This document shows positions 39,021 through 64,000 of a DNA stretch of 64,000 bases, in pieces. Numbering within the stretch: position 1 is the first letter of the stretch; every line of letters begins with the position of its first letter. The DNA is from the human T2T-CHM13v2.0 reference genome, Homo sapiens. Where the stretch lies: the NCBI RefSeq assembly GCF_009914755.1, contig NC_060928.1, one strand, 5' to 3'. The position numbers and the translations under genes are program-made. The notes under the pieces are model-generated. The model saw only the letters and a list, made by a program, of their open reading frames with translations, had not been told where the DNA came from and did no database searches.

Positions 39021-39299
39021 TAGCGAAGAGTATTTTGTTCCCTTTTCCTTCGGTTCAGCAGACATTGATTTATGCCCTATGCTAGAAATACAAAGATGAG
39101 TCATAATGCCTGTTCTCCAGGCATCCAAAGAGTCAAAGAGCCAAGAGACAGTAAGTTTAATACTTGTATTTGCTCCAGCTACTAGAGCACACAGAGAGTA
39201 GCTCTTCAGTTAGGAGAGAGAAGTCAGGGAAGGCCTCCACAGAGGGTTATTTTAGCTGAGCTTTATAGAAAAACATGGGGAAAGGACTTGAAAAAGTAT

Positions 39300-42940
<3,641 letters not shown>

Positions 42941-43380
42941 TTTTCTTTTTGAGACAGAGTTTTGCTCTTGTCACCCAGGCTGGAGTGCAGTGGTGTGATC
43001 TTGGCTCACTGCAACCTCTGCCTCCCGGGTTCAAGCAATTCTGCCTCATAATCATAATCCTGAAAGACACAATCCTGAATGCCAAACCCCAAATGTTGAT
43101 GTCCCAAAAGATCAAAATCCTTAAAGTTCAAAATTTCTAAAGTCTAAATCCCTCATGTCTAAAATCCTGAAAATTACAATCCCAAAAGATTAAAATCCTC
43201 AATGTTGAAACCCTGAAAGCCAAATTCTGGGGAAGGGGATTAGTGTATTTTTTGGTTGTACACAGGATGGTTGCATCATGTTAGTTGTGTCATGTCAAGC
43301 AGAACCATAGCCTTTTTGTCTTTATTTGGAAATTAAGTGTGATTTAAGGGGATGCAAATGAGTGCCAAATTGACAAGGGG

Positions 43381-43927
43381 TGGACAGTGGACATAATTTT
43401 AGGTGTCAACTTGAATGGATTAAGGAATACCTAGAAACCTGGTAAAGCATTATTTTGGATGTGGCTGTGAGAGTGTTTTCAGAGATTAGAATGTGAGTCT
43501 GAGTGGACTAAGTGGGGGATGATCTGCCCTCATTGTTGGGAGGCACCAACTACTTGACCAGGGTCCCAAACAGAACAAATATAGAAGGCAAATTGGTCTC
43601 TCTCTGAGATCTGGGACAGACTTTTCTTCTCCTGTCTTGGACCCAGAACTCCAGGTTTGCCAGCCTTCGGACTCCGGAACTTACACCAGTGGCCCCCTGG
43701 ATCCTGAGGCTTTTGGCCTCAGATGGATAGTTGCACCATCAGCTTTCCTGGTTCTGAGGCCTTTGGAGTTGGACTGAACCATGCTACCGGTATCCCAAGG
43801 TCTCCAGCTTTCGGATGGCCTCACCGTGGGTCTTTTCAGCCACCATAATTGCATGAGCCAAGTTCCCTAATAAATTTCCTCTCATATCCTATTGGTTCTG
43901 TCTCTCTAGAGAACCCTGACTAATACA
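43381..43927 (+). mobile_element. MLT2B-type ERVL LTR inside Ricksha
   Basis: taattttaggtgtcaacttgaatggattaaggaatacctagaaacctggtaaagc...tctctagagaaccctgactaataca, then gatttggta resembling the ERVL internal start. Confidence 0.85.
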
Positions 43928-43984
43928 GATTTGGTATTGGGGAAGCTGAACATCATTTCTTCTTACTGTATTGCTTACCACACA

Positions 43985-44200
43985 ATGGAAGAGATCTGTG
44001 AAATTGTTCCCTTGCAAAAAGGCTGTGTTAAGTGTATGAGGCTACTTAACAGTGAAACAGTTTAAAAGTTAATTGTTATTCGTGCTGCAAACGTAGAAAA
44101 TCACCTAATTGCAATGGCTGAGAAATAACCAGACTTTCAGATGGACAGCAGGTACTTACGAAATTTGTAGACCACAACCACTCCCCAAATACAAGTACTG
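43985..44200 (+). pseudogene. Degenerate MULE transposase N-terminal FLYWCH-like zinc-finger relic
   Basis: with frameshifts reads MEEICEIVPLQKG..GYL..NCYSCCKRRKSPNCNG*EITRLSDGQQVLTKFVDHNHSPN. Confidence 0.55.
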
Positions 44201-44367
44201 TGAGTGTTTTGAAGATCATAGAAGTGAAAACACAGGCCCAAAATACAAGAAATCTCTTATGCCAAATTATTTAATCATGTATGGCTTCTGCCCCTTTACA
44301 CATAATGCCAACTCGCTATGCTATGTATTTCATCTTCGCATTATTTTCAATACTGAAGGTAAATTTA

Positions 44368-47758
<3,391 letters not shown>

Positions 47759-47759
47759 A

Positions 47760-49023
47760 TTTTTTTTTTTTTTTTTTGGAGACGGAGTCTTGCTCTGTCA
47801 CCCAGGCTGGAGTGCAATGGCACGATCTCGGCTCACTGCAGCCTCCGCCTCCAGGTTCAAGCGATTCTCCTGCCTCAGACTCCTGAGTAGCTGGGACTAC
47901 AGGTGCTACCATGAACAGCTAAATTTAATTTTTTTAATTATTATATATTGTGGGCGAAGGATTACCTAGGTGCCGAGGCAAGAGACTAAAGGCACAAACT
48001 GTTTCAGTATAATAAAGAAAATAGAATAAGAATAGTCATAATACAAATTAGATATAGAGATGATCATGGACAATTATCAATCATTATTATAAACATTATT
48101 AATCATTAGCTTTTAATATTACTCTTTGTTGCATTACTAATATAACCTAGGAATAACCAGCGGGTATAGGGTCAGGTGCTGAAAGCACATTGTGACAAGT
48201 TACCTAGAAGGCAAGAGCTGAGCCTTCTGTCACGCCCGCATAAGGGCCGCTTGAGGGCTCCTTGGTCAAGCGGTAATGCCAGTGTCTGGGAAGACACCCA
48301 CGACGTAGCAGACCGCAAAAGGGAGTCTCCTTTCCTTGGTGGAGTCAGGGAACACTCTGCTCCACCAGCTTCTTGTGGGAGGCTGGATGTTATCCAGGCC
48401 TGCCCACAGTTATCCGGAGGCCTAAACCCCTCCCTGTGGTGCTGTGCTTCAGTGGTCACGCTCCTTGTCCACTTTCATGCTCCTCCAGCACTCCTGGTTC
48501 CTCTTTGAAGTTCGTAGTAGATAACGGTAGAAGAAATAGTGAAAGGCTTAAAGTCTTTGACCTTTCTTATAAGTGCATAGAAGAAAACGCTGATGTATGC
48601 CACCTTCTCTCTGCTTCAGCTACCTAAAAGGGAAGGGCCCCCTGTCCTATGATCACATGACTTGCTTCAACTTGTCAATCACTTAGAAGATTCACCCTCC
48701 TTACCCTGCCCCCTGGTCTTGTATGCAATAAATATCAGCGTGCCCGGCCATTCGGGACCACTACCTGTCTCCGTGTCTTAATGGTAGTGGTCCCCTGGGC
48801 CCAGCTGTTTTCTCTTTATCTCTTTGTCCTGTGTCTTTATTTATTACAATCTCTCATCTCCGTACATGGCGAGAACACCTGCTAAGCCCCGTAGGCCTCA
48901 ACTCTACAATATATTTATTTTATATTGCCCAGGTTAGTCCCTAACTCCTGGGTTCAAGTGATCCTCCCACCTCGACCTCCCAAAGTGCTATAATTACAGG
49001 TATGAGCCACACCACACCCGGCC
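47760..49023 (-). mobile_element. Antisense chimeric Alu split by the LTR13A
   Basis: right arm 47760-47920 (AluS-like), left arm 48925-49023 (AluJ-like). Confidence 0.85.
47949..48908 (+). mobile_element. Solo LTR13A-type LTR (ERVK / HERV-K13, HML-4), 960 bp, 6-bp TSD ATATAT
   Basis: TG...CA termini, tgtgggcgaaggattacctaggtgccgaggcaagagac start, internal AATAAA at ~48727, ATATAT at 47943-47948 and 48909-48914. Confidence 0.85.
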
Positions 49024-49515
49024 AATAATACACGTATCTTTGCAAGCATAAACATTCAGGTATCCTAACAACAGTCTCATAAGTATAAGAGTTATGAGTA
49101 GATGAACTGTATTCATAAAGAAATAGGCCAAAAAGTAAAATGTATTAACATATATGATTGGTAATTGTGTGCACTCAACTTTATAACTGTGGTCATCTGA
49201 AATACCAAGATGGACAATATAAGTCTTTTGACAAAATCAATAAAAATCCGCAGTGAGTTACCACCACACATGCAGTTGCCCAAAAAGCCAAGATCTCAAA
49301 ATATTTTATCTTTCACAAATATGGATGTACAAAAAGAAGATATTTTATTGAGGAAGTTGCAATGTTTTTACATACATGCACAATGCTTACACAAATTCAG
49401 CTTCGTGATAATGCACTTTCATGGAGTCAAATTTGCAAAAATGCATAAAATGAATTAGAACTTTCTAAACATCTTTATACAATTTATACCTTCAGTATTA
49501 AAAATGGACTGAGGA

Positions 49516-49760
49516 GGCCGGGCACAGTGGCTCACACCTGTAATCCCTGACTTTGAGAGGCTGAAGTGGGCGGATCACTTGAGGTTAGGAGTTGGAGACC
49601 TGCCTGGCCAACATAGTGAAACCCTGTCTGTAGTAAAAATACAAAAATTAACACTTGAGCCCAGGAGGCGGAGGTTGGAGTGAGCTGAGATTGTACCACT
49701 GCACTCCAGCCTGGGTGACAAAGTGAGACCCTGTCTCAATAAAAAATAAAAATAAAAAAA
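49516..49760 (+). mobile_element. Sense chimeric, internally deleted Alu
   Basis: AluS-like left arm joined at aaaaattaacacttgagccc to the distal half of an AluJ-like right arm. Confidence 0.85.
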
Positions 49761-50032
49761 GTATGTTATTATTTCCTGTTTTATTGTCTAAAATGGTCTA
49801 TGAAGTGCTCTGTTGTGTTTTTATGTTTCTCAAATCTCCTTTAAAAAATATAAATAAAGAATTTTAAAGAATTTTTAAAATTATTTTGTCAAGAATTATA
49901 TTTTCAGGATTTTAATCATTTGGGATTGGAATTTTGGGGATTTTGGACTTCAGGGATTTTGATCTTTCAGGATTTCATCATTTGGGATTATAACATTCAA
50001 GATTGTGTCTTTTGGGATTATGGCCCAAACCC

Positions 50033-51480
<1,448 letters not shown>

Positions 51481-51553
51481 AGGCAGGGAAGATTGGGAAT
51501 TTTATGAGTGAAGAATTGGCAGGAGAGTGGGCTAAAGAGGTAAAATGAGGCTA

Positions 51554-51954
<401 letters not shown>

Positions 51955-52138
51955 TCACAATTTAACTCATGGTACACAGTGTATAGGATGGACTGGAGAG
52001 AAGGCAAGGGAAGCTGGAGTTTCTAGAGGCAGGAAGGTTAGTTTAGAGGGTATGAACATGATTTGCCAAAGAGGTAATAAGGTTTGGACTACATTTATGT
52101 CAGCAAAGAGGAGAGGACAGATTAATTCATTCAATAAG

Positions 52139-52272
52139 TGATTGAGTAGATACCTACTGGTGTCAGGCATTGTTCTAGGCACTGGGAATACAGCAGCAAA
52201 CAAAATGATTGAGTAGATACCTACTGGTGTCAGGCATTGTTCTAGGCACTGGGAATACAGCAGCAAACAAAA
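52139..52272. repeat. Perfect 67-bp tandem duplication within an L2 3' end
   Basis: tgattgagtagatacctactggtgtcaggcattgttctaggcactgggaatacagcagcaaacaaaa x2 (52139-52205, 52206-52272). Confidence 0.97.
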
Positions 52273-53321
52273 TAGATCACCCCTTGGGGCTTTCAAGTGG
52301 AGTATCGGTGACAGAGTGGGTGTCTGATTGGATATCGGGGAAAAGGAGAAAGGTGCGATGAGGCAATTCAGGGGTCATTGGTACCTGGATTTTTCACCTT
52401 GAACAACTAAGTGATATCATTGGACTTGTTGGGTAGACAAGGTCTAGGGGACATCCAGATGGACTCATTTTCACAGCTAGCAAGAGAGACATTCTGAAGA
52501 TCAATAGTAAGGGAGAAACTGGAAGTACAGACTTTGGGGTCCTAAGAGGCAGTTAGAACCATGGGAGTAGATGATGCTATCTAGGAACGTGAGATGTGAA
52601 AGGAGTGGACTCAAGCTAGAACCCTGCAAAGCACCCACAGCTATAGGGTAAGTGGAGGAAAGGGCAGAGTGCTTGAATTTGTTGAGTGCCTACTAAGTTC
52701 CAGGTGCTTTGACATTTTGTCTCACTGAGATTTCACAATAAGTGTATAAGATAAATAGTTTTGCCTCTTACTTCCCCCACCCCAACAAATGAAATGGAAT
52801 CAGAAGTGTAGGAGGAGAACTAGGGGAAATTAGGAAGTGAGATTTTCATCAGGGCAAAATGATGCTGACGGATCAAATGGGACAAGAAATGTGAAAAAAA
52901 TCATTTTACACTTTTATCCATCTATTGATGGATAAAATTTAACCAAAATTGAGTCACTGAATTTGATCATTGATCAAATTTTTCTTACTCTGATAAGAGT
53001 TTTCAGAAAACTCTGATCAGAGTTTTCTTACTCTGATATCTCATATTCAAAAGGGAAAGAAAATCAACAACACAATAAACAACCTCCTGAGGAATGCAGT
53101 GTAAAAGCAAGGCTTGGTGTGTTGTTTCGCAAAAAATCTTGCTTTGTCAGCATTAATACTAACAGATAACATGAGAAGAGGCAAAAGTGTTGGCTAAATG
53201 TACCATAACTGCCTGGGAATAGTTATCTGTAGTCTATTTTTTTTTTTTCTCATCTAAAGTTCTTAGATGAAAGAGAGCTGGGTTACTGTGAACCAAAATC
53301 TCCTGCTAAGAAACCAAAGTA

Positions 53322-53785
<464 letters not shown>

Positions 53786-53869
53786 TCAAAGTATAAGAAC
53801 AAAATTATGAGACTGACCCTTGGAACTAACTAGTGAAAAAGACATTTTAAGGAGAGCAAAGAAGCATGA

Positions 53870-54153
53870 AGAATCTTATCAGTAAAATATTTCATTTGGT
53901 TTATATTTCAAATGTAATTTAAAAAGTTTATAAGCCAGGAAATTCGATAATATGAAAGCAAGGAGAAACTAAGTTGCACCATTTAGCTAAGTTCAGGGAC
54001 AACATTCATTTATAATAAATCAAAAATTTGATTTTTTTCATGCCATCAGTTGTACTTAAGCATATCCATCATATTTCAGTTGCAAAAGATGGTGAAGAAC
54101 TCAAGCTGAAGAGGTGTCTGCTGAATTTTGTTGCTTCGGTAAGAGCTTTTCAC
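53870..54153 (-). other. PLAC8: PLAC8 non-coding terminal exon (3' UTR); 3' end uncertain and may extend through the Alus to ~53250
   Basis: minus-strand acceptor ttgtgtgtcctttatag|GTGAAAAGCTC; unique AU-rich sequence; only variant poly(A) hexamers (AATATA/TATAAA near 53900) seen. Confidence 0.8.
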
Positions 54154-54204
54154 CTATAAAGGACACACAAGAGTTTTGAATTTTCTTAAGGTACTTTTAT
54201 AATT

Positions 54205-55170
54205 TTTAATAAACTTTTAATTGCAGAATCATTTTTGATTGACGGAAAAGTTGCAAAGATAGTACAGCGAGCTCTCACGTATCTGGCACCCAATTTTCCT
54301 GTTGGTTAACATCTTACATTACCATGGGAGGTTTGTCAAAACTAATGAACCCATACTGATGCATTACTACTAATCAAAGCCCATACTACCTTCAGATTAC
54401 TCAGTTTTTACCTACTTTAATTTTCTGTTCCAGCATCTCATCCAGCATACCACATTACATTTAATTGTCATCTTCTCTTAGGCTCCTCTAAACTGTGACT
54501 GTTTCTCAGCCTTTCCTTGTTTTTGATGACCCTGACAGTTTTCAGGAGGAGTAGTCAGGTATTTTGTGGAATGTGCCTCAGTTTAGGTTTGTCTGATGTT
54601 TTTCTCATGGTTAGACTGGAGTTAAGAGGTTTTGGGGAGAAGACCACAAAGGTAAAGTGCCATTCTCATCACATCAAATCAGGGGTGCAAACTATCAATA
54701 TGACTTATTACCAATGATGGTGACGTTGATTACCTGGCTCAGGTCATTGTGTCAGGTTTCTCCATTGTGGAGTTACTCCATACAGTATAGAGAGTGCACT
54801 TGCATGCTGTACTTTTCATGCTGTACTTTTTGGAAGGAAGTCACTATGCAAACCCCCACTTCAGGGTGGGGAATCATGCCGCTCTCCTTGAGGAAGGAGT
54901 ATCTACCTAAATATTTGGAGTTCCATATGGGAGATGTGTCTCTTCTCCCATACAGAAATTCTCCTGCCACTTCTTTGCTCTCAAAATTCCCAGTTTTCCC
55001 TGCTTTCAACATACATACTTTTTTTCAATTTTCAAATTTTATTCAATCATTTATGTCAGCACAAACTCATAGATATTTTATACTTTGGGTTATAATCTAA
55101 CACGACCTTATTTTGTTCCTCAAAGTGCCCCAGTTTGGACTATGGGGAGCTTTTCCAGTGGATTCCTATG
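54205..55170 (-). mobile_element. L1MC-type 3' end fragment in the PLAC8 last intron
   Basis: aaaagttgcaaagatagtacag...ttaacatcttacattaccatgg...ctcagcctttccttgtttttgatgacc. Confidence 0.75.
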
Positions 55171-55954
55171 TCCTTCATCTCAATCTATTTTAACGTAAAT
55201 CATGTTGTTATTCCTTGCTCTTTCTCTCTTGTTTAGCTCCCCATTTCGATATCTGTTTGTCTAAAGTTTTATTGCCAGTGAGTGATGTAGGGTCCAAGTT
55301 GATGAGGAGGAGTCAGGACCGCCAAGGTATTTTACTTCAAACCCACCTAAAGATTCAGTGAGATATTTTCCCTGAGGTTAAAGAAAACACTTGAGCTATC
55401 AGGACTCATTACTATGAATGTGTGGGTAGATATTTGATCCAAATTGTTTCATGTATTTATTTAAGTAAACAGTGTTGGAATGATCTAACTCCCCATCTTT
55501 GCTTCTGGCCTCATCCTGTACAATCTGTACTATATACTATTATTAGATTAATATTTATTATTTTAAAATTTTATTTATTTTTATTTTTACTTTTTAGTAG
55601 AGATGAGGTCTTGCTATGTTGCCCAGGCTGGTCGCTGGTGCTGAACTCCTGAGCTCAAGTGATCCTCCCACCTCGGTCTCCCAAAGTGTTGGGATTATAG
55701 GCATGAGCCACCATGCCCAGCCTTAGATTCATATTTCTAAAGAGTAGTTCTATTCATTTACTTCAAGCCTGCAATAATTTCCCAATTCCTACCAAGTCAT
55801 TAGCTTAGTATTCAGACATCGCATGCTAAGGCCTTTAAAATCTTTTATTTTTCGTTATTTTTCTACTTATGCCATATGTTCTAGCCAAGTTGGACCTAAG
55901 CTCATAAAGATATTTTCTCTGTTTTTGCCTCTCTAGTTTCATTAATATTGCTGA

Positions 55955-56137
<183 letters not shown>

Positions 56138-56304
56138 TAGCTAATTTTTGTATTTTTTCAAGAGACAGGGTTTCAACATGTTCCCCAGGCTGGTCTTGAA
56201 CTCCTGGGTTCAAGCAGTCCTCTTGCCTTGGCCTCCCAAAGTGCTGGGATCACAGGTGTGAGCCACTGCACTCAGCCTCCATTTCTATTAATTAAAACCA
56301 CATC

Positions 56305-56757
56305 TTGAGTCAGTGATCCTCTGTTTGCCCCTATCTGATTTACTTACTCCCTTGACCATCCTGCTGTGTGCCCTGGGAAGCGACCTGCGGACTACCGTGA
56401 CACTTTGCTGCCCTCTGCCTTTCTGGTGGGTTCAGCCAATGGGAAAACCAGAAGGACATCCGAAAGTGAGGTCAGGGTACTTTTTCAGTTCTATGGGTTG
56501 CCTCGGGCTGCTCACAACCCTCTCTTGAGAGGATACTGTTTCTTTCAGGGCAGGCCTCTTCACACAGCTCTCTCCTTAAGGATTCAGGTCACTGCTCCCT
56601 CTTCTCCTCCCTGGGGCTGTTGCCAGGCAGGTTATTACGCCATCCCTTGTCATCTCCCTACAATGCCCCACCCACACCTTTATAATTAGTCTTCATTAAA
56701 TCTTTGAACTATCACAGTTTGAGTGCCATCTGTTTCTTGTTGAGAACTAATACGCAC
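56305..56757 (+). mobile_element. Old ERVL-class LTR (LTR33/LTR16-like)
   Basis: gggttcagccaatggga motif, cttcattaaa poly(A) region, gagtgccatctgtttcttg...ctaatac end. Confidence 0.6.
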
Positions 56758-57867
56758 TTCCCCTTTAGAATTAAAAATCACTGCTTTCAAGAAACTTTCA
56801 CCTATACATCTTACAAGATGTGATCTTTTCCTCCTCTGAACATAAAATACCGCTTTGTCTATAGGCATTAATTGAATTCTGCATTTTAGTTAGGGGTTTG
56901 TCTAATCCCCCTTTTTCGTATAAATTCTATAATGACAGAGGGACTAGCTTATTTATCTTGCTCCCCAACCCTACTACAATACCTAACAGTATCTTACCTA
57001 GTCTTAGATATTGATACATTGATACATTAGTTGCTAAGATAATATATACTTGATCCTAGATCCTTAATACATTACTTGCTAAGTAAATGAACATTTTTTT
57101 ACGTATCTCCCAAGAGTTATTTTTATTAACCCATACAGAGTCCTTATCACTTCAGGAAGGAAACTGGATATTACAAAGAGTAGAAAAATTGTGTTCTTCC
57201 CATACTTAATATATATTCTACAGGGGATGGAGTAAGTCATGTTGATTTCTACTTAACTACATCCTCAATAGATAGTCCTGAGAAAAATTAGTTGAAAATG
57301 ACTTGATTGAATTTCAGATGGTTAATTCTATATAACATTTCCAAACATTCTAAATTCTATGTTCACCTCTTTCAAAGTTCAGCTTCTCCAACAGGAGTTT
57401 TCTATTTAACCTCACCTTGCTATGATAGATGCTTTATGCCACAATCAATCCAAATATCATACAGAATGTTATTTTCGTTACTCTTCTATTTTATAATTAT
57501 TTACGAATTCCTTTTGTCAACTTGTTTGTCTTAGCAGGGAACATGTTTTCTAATTCTTTTGTATCTCACCATACTCTGGTATTTTACAAGTGGTAAGTGC
57601 TTCCTTAATAGATCACCAGAATTCTGAGAAGTTTAGAAAATTCACCATTCCTTTATTTACTAAAATATGGTTTCAAAGTATAGAGCTATCTTCTTCATAA
57701 GAAGAAAATTAAAGCCAATCTTGATATTATGATAGCACTTCAGGAGACTTAAGAAATAGTTATTGCTGAATTATTCAAAACAACAAATAATTGACAAAGT
57801 CTTTAGTGATATTTCTAAAAACCCACATGTTCTGAGAGGCATGTTTGCATTGACTCACCATCAGTTT

Positions 57868-57972
57868 TTAGAAAGTACGCATGGCTCTCCTTCTGTTGAT
57901 ATCTCTCTTGATTTGGCAAAGAGTACAATGAGGACAGCAAAGAGTTGCCATATAGTCATCACAAATAGATCC
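57868..57972 (-). CDS. PLAC8: PLAC8 last coding exon (GSICDDYMATLCCPHCTLCQIKRDINRRRAMRTF*); exon spans 57859-57972
   Basis: minus strand aaacag|GGA TCT ATT ... TTC TAA AAACTGATG|gtgagt; Cys-rich PLAC8/cornifelin-family C-terminus (CCPHCTLCQ). Confidence 0.96.
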   Translation of the reverse strand, partial: GSICDDYMATLCCPHCTLCQIKRDINRRRAMRTF

Positions 57973-58189
57973 CTGTTTGAAAACCAAAAAGAAATAAAAA
58001 TATAAAATTCACCTATTTGGAATTAAGACTTGCCACATCTTGAAGAGAAGCAGAAGGCACTGATCTTTCAGATTCAGAGTTTGGATGGATACATTTAGGA
58101 AAATATTACCTCACTTTTTCACATAAATGTTGTCTCATTTTATGACGGAAAATATTTTTCTATACTTTACGTTTCTGAAAATGTAAGGA

Positions 58190-59030
58190 GATGTCCAACC
58201 AAACTATCAAGTATGAGAGTTAAATATCCTTGGGAAGTAGAATTTCAAAACTCTTTTCTCCTGGACCTCCTCTCTGTCATAGGAAGCTAGTAGGGGATGT
58301 GTTCCACCAAAATGCGGGTGTAAACCAAGAAAGAGGAAGATAAGAAGAAGGAGTCTAATACAGGAGAGAAGCTAATGGAATCTCCAGGGTCATGGTGAAG
58401 GCAGATCCCAGGATGAGAGCTAAGCACTAGGAATAATGGGCAACTAGTTTAAAAGGTAGTAGGACTGGAAGTGATTTCATCATGAAGATGAAAATGATAA
58501 AACATCTATGTGTTGAAGTTGTTGGGAAGAAATTCAGAAAACTGGCAAACAATTTGGGGTTAAAGGACTCATAAGTAAATAGAGGAAAAATACTAACAAA
58601 AACTCAATAATTACCAATACCAGGAAAAACAAAATTAAGCAGAAAAAGCAATCATATTTACTATATGACTCAGCTCTGAAGTTGAATAAAACAAATATAA
58701 GTATCAAAATGTAAACACTGAATATGGAATTAACCATATAACTATATGGGAAAGAAAGGGGTAGGGGGAGAGGGCACATGTGTGTAGTGCGGGAGGAGGA
58801 GAAAATAGAACTAAATTCACATCTTCCCTAGTGGGAGGTTAACAGATAATGCCTCTAACTAAAAGTCAAGAAGTAGCAATACAAGTGTGTGATTTGGAGA
58901 TATGGAGGAAAATTCCCAAGACATCAGCTCTAGGGAAGAAGTAAGGAAGAAACTTTTGGGGACTACTTTGTAAAATTAGATGATTTTAAAAACACTTCGT
59001 TTCAGGGTTTTGATAAATAAAAAAATTAAA
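58190..59030 (+). mobile_element. HAL1-like fragment
   Basis: ggaagctagtaggggatgtgttccaccaaaatgcgggtgtaaaccaagaaagaggaaga. Confidence 0.6.
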
Positions 59031-59119
59031 GCTGCATTAGAAAACAGTGGCATTTACATTCCTGGCATTTAATGGACTTGAAACTGAACACAGTCACGGG
59101 CAGGGCACTAGATGAACCC

Positions 59120-59472
59120 TCATCTCCATCAAGCGCAGGGTCTGCAAACGATGTTAAGCACTGATCTTAGTAACAGTTCAGGGAGGGTCAGAATCTTGTA
59201 GCCTCCAGCTCCATGACTTCTAAACTATAATTTTAATCTTGTGGCTAATGTTAGTCCTCCAAAGGCAATCTATTCCCCAGGCAAAAGGGAGGTCTGCTTT
59301 GGGAAAGGGCTATTACCATGTTTGTTTAAACTATAAACTACGTTTCTCCCAAAGTTGGTTCAGCCTACACCCAGGAATGAACAAGGACAGCTTGGCGGTT
59401 AGAAGTAAGATGGAGTCAGTTAAGTTAGATCTCTTTCACTGTCTCAGTCATAATTTTGCAAAGGCAGTTTCA
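59120..59472 (-). mobile_element. LTR8-type ERV1 LTR, 5' portion
   Basis: minus strand starts TGAAACTGCCTTTGCAAAATTATGACTGAGACAGTGAAAGAGATCTAAC. Confidence 0.8.
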
Positions 59473-59974
59473 CCACCTCAGCCTCCTGAAAAAGAGTTTC
59501 AGGCTAGGACTGCAGGCATGCTCAGCTGCACCTAGCTGAAACTATTTTCTATTTTCACTTAAAAATATTTATCATTTTGTGAATTACAAAAAAAAATGCT
59601 TATTGACAACACTTGTGAACAAAATTTAAATAAAAATTAAAACAATTTTAAATGCATGCTATAGATAATTTTAATGACAAATTGAAACACAGAACAATAT
59701 TAAGTGAAAAATAACAATCTAATCCCTTTCTACCCAATGTCACTACCAGAGATAACCTATTAATAATTTGCTGTGTAGGCTCTTTCCTTAGATTTTGTTC
59801 TATGCCTATGACTCATATAAATATAGATTAGACGAAGATACAGCTATGGACATAGACATATAGAGTTTGGCATTTCAGGAGTTCGTTTGTTTTTTAAAAA
59901 TGAGGTCATACTATCCTATAACTTATTTTTCCTACTTGATATATGATAGCCAATACTGTAAGAAATTTCTACGT

Positions 59975-62415
<2,441 letters not shown>

Positions 62416-62484
62416 CTTTTTTTTTTTTGAGATGGAGTTTCATTCTTGTCCAGGCTGGAGTACAATGATGCAATCTTGGCTCAC

Positions 62485-64000
<1,516 letters not shown>

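Noticed and set aside
52139-52272. Direct repeats considered as a CRISPR-like array (also 10273-10340 and 63637-63744)
   Set aside because: No unique spacers, only 2-4 copies, eukaryotic context; simple tandem duplications
57763-58005. 80-aa + strand ORF
   Set aside because: It is the antisense shadow of the PLAC8 coding exon

Overview
Primate, almost certainly human, genomic DNA recognisable as the COPS4-PLAC8 locus. The + strand carries COPS4 (COP9 signalosome subunit 4) coding exons 2-10 at 8832-38634. All internal exon boundaries are GT-AG, the phases are consistent and they splice into the PCI-domain CSN4 protein; exon 1 lies upstream of the window. Two AATAAA signals follow near 39 kb. 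The - strand carries the 3' end of PLAC8, convergent with COPS4: last coding exon 57859-57972 and a non-coding terminal exon starting at 54153. The rest is dense interspersed repeat: roughly 60 Alus or Alu fragments, L1/HAL1, L2, MIR, MLT1/MLT2/MSTA/LTR8/LTR13A/ERV1-internal, and the DNA transposons MER20, Charlie1, MER82, Tigger1 and Ricksha. Almost every entry in the ORF track is a repeat-derived artefact. No prokaryote-type system is present. Two structures stand out. (i) A 7-kb nested Ricksha (MuDR) element holds a captured ERVL LTR, a FLYWCH-like transposase relic, an L1, a solo LTR13A and a ~490-bp inversion whose swapped TSDs and reciprocally chimeric Alus point to Alu-Alu recombination. 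(ii) An L1-derived cassette exon in COPS4 intron 9 would give a 420-aa NMD-escaping isoform, so COPS4 exon 10 can be read in all three frames. Repeat family names come from recall of consensus sequences and repeat boundaries are approximate.
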